42,029 nucleotides of DNA from Armatimonadota bacterium (GTDB lineage Bacteria; Armatimonadota; DTGP01; JAKQQT01). A model generated the notes under the pieces. That model did no database searches. It worked only from the letters and a program-made list of their open reading frames with translations, and had not been told where the DNA came from. Below, one piece after another: positions 26,727 to 34,432 of the stretch. Location of the stretch: positions 1-42,029 of the forward strand of contig JAKQQT010000507.1 in NCBI GenBank assembly GCA_029564025.1. The letters are read 5' to 3'. Every line of letters starts with the position of its first letter. Position 1 is the stretch's first letter. Both the position numbers and the translations under genes were made by a program.

Positions 26727-28955
26727 TCAGAACTGCAGGATTACGCTGTCTCCGGCGGTTATCTTCAGCAGGCGGCGTTCCTCGGACCTCAAGTTGACAA
26801 CACGCAGGGCGAGGTCCCTGGTCCACGGATTCGTGAGGCGCAATACTCCCGTCTGCCAGTCCACGTCTTCGACGACCAGTGATTCCAGCAGATACAACCC
26901 TTCGCAGTCCGGGTCGATGAAGATGTGCCCGAACGAACTGAGCCAGTCCTCGATCCAGACGGTCCAGCCCGCGCACCAAGCGTGAGCCAGGGGTAGGATG
27001 TAGCCCTTCGGGTGTGTCCAGTCCGTGTGGAACCATTGTTCTGGAACCATACCGCGGCGAGCATTGAAGTCACCGTCCTCACGGGCGATGAACTGGCGGA
27101 AGCAGAACAGGTGGTCGCGGGCGCGGGCGAAGTAGAAGTCGTCCCGTGTGATGCGCCACAGCCTCAGCAGTTCCGGCAGGCAAATCAGTCCGTAGTTGTG
27201 CAGGTGCTGGTTCGAGGGCGAGGCGATATCACCGCCCTTGGTTCGGAAATCATACTGGCCGAGCAAGGTGTACGGCGAGAACGGAGTGTTGTACGACATC
27301 CGGAACGACAGCATGTAGTCCGCGGCGTGGCGGGACAATTCCAGCCACTCCTCATCGCCTTCCTCCTCGTACAGGTTGAGCATCGCAATGAGGGCATTAT
27401 AGCCGTCTTCTGACGTGACGCCGTACGGAACGTCCTCGGGGGCGCCGAAAAGTGATTCATTCCGTATCGATTGCGCGTAGTATCTTCCCGCTTTCACGGC
27501 GGCCTCGCGGTAGGCGGCGGAGTTCGGGAAGGGCAATCCGTCCGCGCGCGTCGTTCGGTGAGCGTCCAGCAGGGCCGGAATCCAGGAGAGACCTCCCGCC
27601 CCCTCCCACTCCTCCACATTTCCGGTTTCGAGGTGGTAGTACGTTCCAAACGAGCCGTCGTCCCTTTGAATCTTCAGGGCGAAATCCAGATTGGACTCCA
27701 CGGCGCGGCACCATAAATCGCGCCTCGCCGGGGTTATCCAAGGCGCTCTGCTGTGAAGGCCGATAATGTAGAACCAGGTAGCCTCGGCAATCGTCCGGCT
27801 CTGGGCGTAGGGAGCGGCGGGTCTCCCGGCGTTCCAACCGTGGGTCCATCCATCTTCCCTGGTCCAGCGAGGATAGAACATCCCCGCAGGCGCGATTCCC
27901 TCTTCGGCGATTCGGTCCAGCACGCTTAAGCCGGCTTGCGCCAGGTCGTTCCGTCCGGTGCGCGTGCCGTAACGGGCGAGGGCAAGGGCATAGGGGGCAC
28001 CGCTGACCCACGCGATGTGCATATCGGGCCGGTCCAGTTGTGTCGGATCAGGCCGGAAGTAGCGGTCGAAACCGGCCGTTTCGTAAAGGGTGGCTGGATC
28101 GCGGGAAAAGTGCCACTGCATCAAACCGTCGGCCGCGAGTTCGGCGGCTTCACCGCCGGAAATCCACGGTTGAAGGTCATCGGGATCGTCCTTGTACATG
28201 TCACGCAACAGAGACCGCCAACCGTCGTCGGTGACGCACGCCTCGAACGAAAACTCGACTGTTTCGGAGGGCAATACGACGAAAGAGCGCGATCTGGGCC
28301 TGGACCCGTCGGGACCGAACAGCGCGGGGCTGACCGGTTCTTCGCGCCACGGGAAGTGCAGGGACAGGTGGCTGATGCGTCCGTCGCTTCCGAAGCCGAG
28401 TCCCGATTCACCGTGGCTGAACGAAACCGGGGTGGATACGGCCGCCGCTGTGTCTGTATTCCGGAGCATCGCGAAGGGCGTCATCGTTCGGTCGGTGCGG
28501 AACCGCCAGACGGGCGAAGAAGCGGGATCATCTTCGTCAACGGGGGACCAGCGGGGGTACGAGCCTTTTCCATCCGGCCGGTTTTCGCCGTAGAAAATAC
28601 CGGGCACAAAAGGTTGCGCCTTTTTCAGTTGCACATCCCAGAAGACGTCCCAGGCGGTTTCCGCAGGCTCCATACCGAGGTACTGCGCACAGACGGTCCA
28701 ATGCGCCCGGGGAGCGAGGTCGCCAGCGACGGTAATCTCCGCGGTAATCTTCCACCGGTCGGCAATCTCGCCGGTTATCTCGAGGCCGTCCTGGGAGCGG
28801 ACGGCGTGGATCCAGCGCACCGGCTCACCGTCGCGCTCAGCAATCAGCAGGTTCGTGAGAACCGGTTGATCCGCCATGTCCAACGAAAATCGGTAAGTGT
28901 CTCCGCGGCGTTCAGCGCGAACGCGGCGGCCTAGTTCCAGGTATAGTTCAGCCAT
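26727..28955 (-). CDS. Uncharacterised large protein, probably a six-hairpin (alpha/alpha)6 glycosidase-like enzyme
   Basis: Beta-rich N-terminal third followed by helical repeats such as ALIAMLNLYEEEGDEEWLELSRHAADY and LLRLWRITRDDFYFARA, with acidic loops (GAPED, SEDG, PEQW). No signal peptide seen. Start uncertain (28955 or 29009). Confidence 0.65.
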   Translation of the reverse strand: MAELYLELGRRVRAERRGDTYRFSLDMADQPVLTNLLIAERDGEPVRWIHAVRSQDGLEITGEIADRWKITAEITVAGDLAPRAHWTVCAQYLGMEPAETAWDVFWDVQLKKAQPFVPGIFYGENRPDGKGSYPRWSPVDEDDPASSPVWRFRTDRTMTPFAMLRNTDTAAAVSTPVSFSHGESGLGFGSDGRISHLSLHFPWREEPVSPALFGPDGSRPRSRSFVVLPSETVEFSFEACVTDDGWRSLLRDMYKDDPDDLQPWISGGEAAELAADGLMQWHFSRDPATLYETAGFDRYFRPDPTQLDRPDMHIAWVSGAPYALALARYGTRTGRNDLAQAGLSVLDRIAEEGIAPAGMFYPRWTREDGWTHGWNAGRPAAPYAQSRTIAEATWFYIIGLHSRAPWITPARRDLWCRAVESNLDFALKIQRDDGSFGTYYHLETGNVEEWEGAGGLSWIPALLDAHRTTRADGLPFPNSAAYREAAVKAGRYYAQSIRNESLFGAPEDVPYGVTSEDGYNALIAMLNLYEEEGDEEWLELSRHAADYMLSFRMSYNTPFSPYTLLGQYDFRTKGGDIASPSNQHLHNYGLICLPELLRLWRITRDDFYFARARDHLFCFRQFIAREDGDFNARRGMVPEQWFHTDWTHPKGYILPLAHAWCAGWTVWIEDWLSSFGHIFIDPDCEGLYLLESLVVEDVDWQTGVLRLTNPWTRDLALRVVNLRSEERRLLKITAGDSVILQF

Positions 28956-29072
28956 AGTTATAGTAACGGTAGCGCCTGTGTATGAATGCCCGGCGTTGCT
29001 TTGCCTCACTCATTATGAAGGCACAGGGCGCCGGTAGTTCAACGCCTTGGTGATACGGAGGGTAGTGGTTTC

Positions 29073-29975
29073 ATGATAACAGCAGTCACCGGTCCGGGCG
29101 GGTTCGTTGGCCGTGCGCTTGTGAAGGCGCTCATTGAGCGGGCTGAACGTCCGGTGCTCCTCAGCCGCAACGTTGCGCGCCTGCCTGATTTCGGAGGTGC
29201 CGTTGAACCTGTTGAATGGTCTTCTACTGCCGCAACGCACCTGCCCCGCATCGATGCCGTGGTGAACCTGGCAGGCGAAACCATTTCCGGCCGCTGGACG
29301 CCGGAGAAGAAACGCGCCATTCGGGATTCCCGCGTGCTGGGCACACGCCGACTGGTCGAGGCGATTTCGCGGCTGGAACCGAAGCCCAGGGTGTTGGTTT
29401 CCGCGTCGGCAGTCGGGTATTACGGCGACAGGGGCGAGGAGGAACTGGCCGAGGACTCCGGACCGGGAACGGGCTTTCTGCCCGGGGTATGTGTGGAATG
29501 GGAATCAGAGGTCTCGAAAGCGGCCGAACCGGGCATCCGCGTCGTTATGTTGAGAATTGCGGTAGTGCTGGATTCCGGCGGGGGCGCGTTGCAACAGATG
29601 ATCACGCCCTTCAAGGCCGGGCTGGGCGGGCCGATGGGCTCCGGCAGGCAGTGGTTTCCGTGGATTCATCGAACGGACCTCGTAAACATGATTCTGGCGG
29701 CCATTGACAATGATTGGAGCGGCCCTGTGAACGCGGCGTCGCCAGGTGTCGTGCGTCAGGCGGAATTCGCGAAGGCCCTGGGTTCCGCGCTCGGCCGGCC
29801 GGCAGTCATGCCGGCGCCGGGATTTGCGCTCCGATTGATGCTGGGCGAGTTTGCCGACACACTGTTACACAGCCAGAAGGTGATTCCCGCCAAGGCGCAG
29901 ACAGAGGGATTCAAGTTCCGGTACCCGACGTTGCGCGAGGCGCTGGCCGCGTCGGTTGCGAAGCCGAGTGCGTGA
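29073..29975 (+). CDS. TIGR01777 family NAD-dependent epimerase/oxidoreductase (YfcH-like)
   Basis: TGPGGFVG, VVNLAGETI..RWT..KK..I.DSR, SASAVGYYG, GSGRQWFPWIH, GPVN. Confidence 0.92.
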   Translation: MITAVTGPGGFVGRALVKALIERAERPVLLSRNVARLPDFGGAVEPVEWSSTAATHLPRIDAVVNLAGETISGRWTPEKKRAIRDSRVLGTRRLVEAISRLEPKPRVLVSASAVGYYGDRGEEELAEDSGPGTGFLPGVCVEWESEVSKAAEPGIRVVMLRIAVVLDSGGGALQQMITPFKAGLGGPMGSGRQWFPWIHRTDLVNMILAAIDNDWSGPVNAASPGVVRQAEFAKALGSALGRPAVMPAPGFALRLMLGEFADTLLHSQKVIPAKAQTEGFKFRYPTLREALAASVAKPSA

Positions 29976-29981
29976 TACAAT
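29973..29981 (+). promoter_or_regulatory. Candidate extended -10 promoter for the sugar ABC operon
   Basis: TGaTACAAT overlapping the stop codon of the upstream gene. Confidence 0.4.
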
Positions 29982-30036
29982 TGGGGTGACTGGGGTAGCC
30001 ATCTTTACCAACTCAAACGACTGACTGAGCGTAAAG

Positions 30037-30162
30037 CGCCGTCATTTCGAGCGTCAGCGAGAAATCTGCCCCTTCGGGCCCGTATGGGCGATTGCTCGGC
30101 TCCCCGCCAGAGGGGAGCATGGATTACCCACAGATTCCTCACGTTCGTTCGGAATCACGGCG
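30037..30162. repeat. CGTC-type REP dimer (REPIN/MITE-like) with internal hairpin
   Basis: CGCCGTCATTTCGAGCGTCAGCGAGAAATCTG (30037-68) and an inverted copy at 30131-62 (24/32 identical), enclosing GCTCCCC-N6-GGGGAGC (30099-118). Confidence 0.7.
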
Positions 30163-30235
30163 AAAAATATCTAGACGGCGCACTTCCCGTACGGTCCCGT
30201 ATGGGCGACTGCATCCCGGCCCGTTTTGAACTGCC

Positions 30236-31606
30236 ATGCGGACATTCTTCATCTCGGCGATTATCCTTTTCACGGCGTTGTCGTTCATCGCGCAGTGGCG
30301 TAAGCCTCAATCTTCGCCCGCCGGAAAAACCATGCTCACCTGGGTTACCGACGACAATCCCGCGCGCCGTGAACAGATGGCGCTGTTCCGCGAGTTCTGC
30401 GTTGCGAAGGGCAGACCGGATATCGACATCAAACTCGATCCCACAAACGCCGGAATGGACAAGGTCGTTGTTCAAAGCGTGGGCGGAGTCGGGCCGGACC
30501 TTTTCGATATGTACGAACGCGGCCAACTGGTTTCGTATCACGACGCGGGGATACTGGAGGACCTGACGGACACGGCCAACCGGCGCGGATTCGGGCTCGA
30601 CATCCTGTGGCCGGCGTTGCGCGACGCCGCGACCGTGGACGGGCGCCAGTACTCCATGCCCACGAACTGCGCGTCCACGGCGCTGTTCTACAACAAGGAT
30701 CTGTTCGACAAACTGGGTGTGCCGTATCCGAAAGGCGACTGGACGTGGGACGAGTTTGTGGAGACCGCCAAACGGCTGACCCGGCGAAAGGCGGACGGAC
30801 GAGGTTATGAGTCCTACGGCGTGATGGGCTACGGTATCGAGGAGTGCATCTGGCAAGCCGGGGGGCGCTTCTTCTCCGATGACGGCACTAAATGCGTGCT
30901 GGATTCACCGGAGGCTGTCGCCGGCGCGCGGTTCTACCATGACCTGCAATACAGGCACCACGTGATGCCGACCGCCGCCGAGGAAAGCGCGATGTCCTCC
31001 GCCGGCGGGTGGGGCACGGGGAGCCTGAACTACTTCATGGGCGGTCACATCGGAATGATTGTTTCGGGCCGGTTTGCCGTCATCCAGTGGCGGAAGTACC
31101 CGAACCTCCGCATCGGCGTCGCCCCGATGCCGCACGGCCGCGAGCACGCGAACCGCCTGTTGTGGCGGTCCACCGGTGTGAACGTGCGAGGGAAGAACAA
31201 GGACGCGTCCATGCTGTTCGCCGAGTTCCTGGCGTCAGAACCTTACAACCGCAACATCAACAGCGGCGGCGACGGATTGTCGGCCATCCCGCGCTACGCG
31301 GACACCCCGGAATTCCGGTTCGATCCGAGGTTTCCGAATGAAACCGACAACGCCCTGTGGATCGAGCAGATGAAACACAGCAAGGGCCTCGAGATGACAC
31401 CGTACGCAAGCCCGTTCATCACCCAGACCATCACCGACGGCCAACGCGACCTGATCCGGAGCGGGAAGGTCGACCCGGAAACGGCGATGAAGACCGCGGC
31501 GAGAAAAATCAACGCGTTGATCCAGAGAAACATCGAGCGCGACCCGGTGGTCCGCGAACGGTACCTGGCCGACCGCGCCGTGAAAACCGGAGGAGCGAAC
31601 CCGTGA
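30236..31606 (+). CDS. Carbohydrate ABC transporter substrate-binding protein (CUT1)
   Basis: GPDLF, DGRQYSMP, ALFYNKDLFDKLGVPYPKGDWTWDEF. N-terminal hydrophobic segment without a lipobox. Confidence 0.9.
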   Translation: MRTFFISAIILFTALSFIAQWRKPQSSPAGKTMLTWVTDDNPARREQMALFREFCVAKGRPDIDIKLDPTNAGMDKVVVQSVGGVGPDLFDMYERGQLVSYHDAGILEDLTDTANRRGFGLDILWPALRDAATVDGRQYSMPTNCASTALFYNKDLFDKLGVPYPKGDWTWDEFVETAKRLTRRKADGRGYESYGVMGYGIEECIWQAGGRFFSDDGTKCVLDSPEAVAGARFYHDLQYRHHVMPTAAEESAMSSAGGWGTGSLNYFMGGHIGMIVSGRFAVIQWRKYPNLRIGVAPMPHGREHANRLLWRSTGVNVRGKNKDASMLFAEFLASEPYNRNINSGGDGLSAIPRYADTPEFRFDPRFPNETDNALWIEQMKHSKGLEMTPYASPFITQTITDGQRDLIRSGKVDPETAMKTAARKINALIQRNIERDPVVRERYLADRAVKTGGANP

Positions 31607-32616
31607 CTCCCCTCGCGCCGTCGAAGGTTCACAAGCGCGACCTGTCGGAAGTCGGCTGGTCCTTCCAACGCGCGCGCAACCGGAAGGACCTGTTCTCGGC
31701 GCTCGGTTTCCTTCTGCCCAATTTCCTCGGCTTCCTGCTGTTCACCACCTTTCCGGTCTTCGTTTCGTTGCTGGCTTCATTCACCAACTGGGACATCCGT
31801 CCCGGCGTGCCCCTGCGCTGGGTGGGCCTGCTGAATTTTCGTGACATGTTCTCGGACCCGGACTTTTACCAGTACCTCTGGAACACCGTCTACCTGATGT
31901 TCGGGATACCATTCAGCATTGCAGGCTCTCTGATACTCGCCTTGATTCTGAACCGCAAACTGAGGGGCATCGTTGCGTACCGCACGATGTTCTACATCCC
32001 GACCATCACCAGCGGGGTCGCGCTGTTCGTGATGTGGAAGGCCATCTACAATCCCGACTTCGGGTTCCTGAACCTCAGCCTGGACTGGCTGATCAGCCAT
32101 GGGGGTATCAACTGGTTCCGCGAGAACCTTCTGCACACCGCGCCGATCACGTTCGAGCAACTGCCCAAGTGGCATCTGGATCCGGACTGGGCCAAGCCGG
32201 CCCTGATACTGATGGGCATCTGGGCCGGCGTCGGCGGCGGCAACATGCTGTTGTACCTGGCAGGCCTCTCCAATATCCCGCCGGAATTGTACGAAGCCGC
32301 GGATCTTGACGGTGCGGCGCCGTGGGCGAAGTTCTGGAACGTGACCTGGCCGCAACTGGCGCCGACCACCTTCTTCGTGGTCATCATGAGCGTCATCGGC
32401 GGCCTGCAGGGAGGGTTCGAAGTCGCCCGGGTCATGACGAACGGGGGGCCGGCCGGCGCGACGACGACGCTGGGGTACTATATCTACAACAAGGCGTTTT
32501 TGGAATTCCGACTGGGTTATGCCTGCACCGTTTCGTGGACGATGTTCCTGGCGATTCTGGTGATCACGCTGATTCAGTGGCGGACCGGAAGCCGGTACGT
32601 GGAGAGCGCGACGTGA
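31603..32616 (+). CDS. Carbohydrate ABC transporter permease (MalF/UgpA-like)
   Basis: GTG 31603 (GTGA overlap); FLLPNFLG, WVGLLNF, YLAGLSNIPPELYEAADLDGA (EAA motif), TNGGP. Confidence 0.92.
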   Translation: MTPLAPSKVHKRDLSEVGWSFQRARNRKDLFSALGFLLPNFLGFLLFTTFPVFVSLLASFTNWDIRPGVPLRWVGLLNFRDMFSDPDFYQYLWNTVYLMFGIPFSIAGSLILALILNRKLRGIVAYRTMFYIPTITSGVALFVMWKAIYNPDFGFLNLSLDWLISHGGINWFRENLLHTAPITFEQLPKWHLDPDWAKPALILMGIWAGVGGGNMLLYLAGLSNIPPELYEAADLDGAAPWAKFWNVTWPQLAPTTFFVVIMSVIGGLQGGFEVARVMTNGGPAGATTTLGYYIYNKAFLEFRLGYACTVSWTMFLAILVITLIQWRTGSRYVESAT

Positions 32617-33500
32617 GCAAGCCTGCCCAGATTGCGAAGACCGTGCTGAGCCACGTCGTTCTTGCCGCTGTCGCGATGACGATGCTGGTTCCGTTCTTCT
32701 GGATGCTGGCCACCTCGTTCAAACCGCTCACCGAGGTTGAGAGCGGGCGTTTTCTGCCCGTGCAGTGGCAGACGCGCTACGAGGTCGATCCGGCCCGACC
32801 CGGCGAGTACACGCGCGTAAACAACTACCTGGAGGTTATCGCCTCAAGCGTGCCGGACCGCCGCATCCCGTTCGCTCAGTACTACTTCAACAGCCTGTTC
32901 ATCGCCGGTTGGGTAACCGTTCTGCAGGTTCTGACCAGCGCGATGGCGGCGTTTGCGTTTACCCGCATCCGGTGGCCGGGTCGCGAGCAGGTGTTCCTGA
33001 TGTACCTCGCCACGCTGATGATACCCGGCGTGGTGACGCTGATTCCCAACTACGCGCTGTTCGAGAGGCTGGGACTGCTGAACACGTATTCCGGCCTTAT
33101 CATCCCGGCGGCGTTCACTGCGTTCGGCACATTCCTTCTGCGGCAGTTCATGTTCAGCGTTCCCCTGAGCCTGGACGAAGCGGCGGAGATGGACGGCGCT
33201 TCGCGGAGTTGCATCTTCTGGGACGTCGTTCTGCCGCTCGCGAGGCCGGGCCTTATCACGCTGGCTATCTTCACGTTCATGGGCTCGTGGCAGGCGTTCT
33301 TCTGGCCGCTTGTGATGATAAAGGACGAGTGGCTCCGTACTCTGCCGATTGGCTTGCTGGTGTTCGATTCGATGCAAGGCCGCGAGACCCAGCTGATTAT
33401 GGCGGCCAGCGTGATGACGATGCTTCCGCTTGTGGTTCTGTTCGTGGTCGGACAAAAGTACTTCGTCAAGGGCATCCAATTGGGCGCCGTGAAAGGTTGA
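32613..33500 (+). CDS. Carbohydrate ABC transporter permease (MalG/UgpE-like)
   Basis: GTG 32613 (GTGA overlap); PFFWMLATSFK, YFNSLFI, FLLRQF, LDEAAEMDGA, QKYFVKGI. Confidence 0.92.
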   Translation: MSKPAQIAKTVLSHVVLAAVAMTMLVPFFWMLATSFKPLTEVESGRFLPVQWQTRYEVDPARPGEYTRVNNYLEVIASSVPDRRIPFAQYYFNSLFIAGWVTVLQVLTSAMAAFAFTRIRWPGREQVFLMYLATLMIPGVVTLIPNYALFERLGLLNTYSGLIIPAAFTAFGTFLLRQFMFSVPLSLDEAAEMDGASRSCIFWDVVLPLARPGLITLAIFTFMGSWQAFFWPLVMIKDEWLRTLPIGLLVFDSMQGRETQLIMAASVMTMLPLVVLFVVGQKYFVKGIQLGAVKG

Positions 33501-33528
33501 TGCTTCGGCGCCCGGGAGATTATCCGGG

Positions 33529-34431
33529 ATGCCGAACGATGCCAACAAACGTTACGACGCCGTGTTCGCGGGCGGGGGAGTGCGCGCCATTGCCTATGTG
33601 GGCGCGCTGGAGGTTCTGGAAGCCTGGGGATACACGTTCCGCCGGTGCATCGGAACCTCGGCCGGGGCGATGATTGCCGCGCTCGTCACGGCCGGCTACA
33701 AAGCCTCGGAACTGCGTTCCATCCTCATGCGGTTCGATTTCGCCTCCCTGCGCGATTCCGCGCCGGAAGACATCGTCCCCGCCTTTGGACCCCTGCTGAG
33801 CCTGCTCAAGGACCACGGCATTTACAAGGGCGCCCGCCTGCAGGAGTGGCTCGGTGGATTGCTGGAAGCGCGCGGTGTTCGCACCTTCGCCGACCTGCGC
33901 GATGAAACCGGGGAATACCGTTTGCGCGCCGTGACTGCCGATATCGCCAGAGGACGACTGGTGGTCCTGCCCGATGACCTTCACTATTACGGCCACAATC
34001 CCGACGCGTTCAGCCCTGCGCTGGCGGTACGAATGAGCGCGGCTCTGCCGTTTTTCTTCGAGCCGGTGGCGTTGAAACCGCGCAAGGCTCCATTCGCGGA
34101 AGCCGTGTTTGTAGACGGGGGCGTTGCCCTGAACTTCCCGTTCGATCTCTGCCGTTCGGCCGGCTTGCCGGTGCTTGGTTTTCGGGTGGCCGGGCCGGAT
34201 ACCGAACGTCCCCGCAATGTGCGCGGGCCGATCGCTTATGCCTCAGCGCTGATGGAGACTCTGCTGGGTGCGCGGGACAGGATGACAGCGGAATCGCCAC
34301 AGGTCATCACAATCACCGTTCCGAACCGGAAGGCGACCGACTTCGACCTGTCAGCCGGTCAGAAAAAGCGCCTGATGGCGTGCGGAAGAACGGCGGTGGT
34401 GGATTGGTTGGCCGCGCGCGCGAAGGACTGA
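33529..34431 (+). CDS. Patatin-like phospholipase
   Basis: GGGVR oxyanion loop, GTSAG nucleophile, AVRMSAALPFFFEP, DGG. Confidence 0.92.
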   Translation: MPNDANKRYDAVFAGGGVRAIAYVGALEVLEAWGYTFRRCIGTSAGAMIAALVTAGYKASELRSILMRFDFASLRDSAPEDIVPAFGPLLSLLKDHGIYKGARLQEWLGGLLEARGVRTFADLRDETGEYRLRAVTADIARGRLVVLPDDLHYYGHNPDAFSPALAVRMSAALPFFFEPVALKPRKAPFAEAVFVDGGVALNFPFDLCRSAGLPVLGFRVAGPDTERPRNVRGPIAYASALMETLLGARDRMTAESPQVITITVPNRKATDFDLSAGQKKRLMACGRTAVVDWLAARAKD

Positions 34432-34432
34432 C

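Noticed and set aside
29983-30036. Fluoride-riboswitch-like words (GGTGACTGGGGT...CTGACTGA)
   Set aside because: The P1 and pseudoknot partners do not pair, and the downstream genes are not fluoride-related.
33529-34431. Patatin as a CBASS/CapV-type defence effector
   Set aside because: No CD-NTase or other defence genes are nearby; it looks like a stand-alone patatin.
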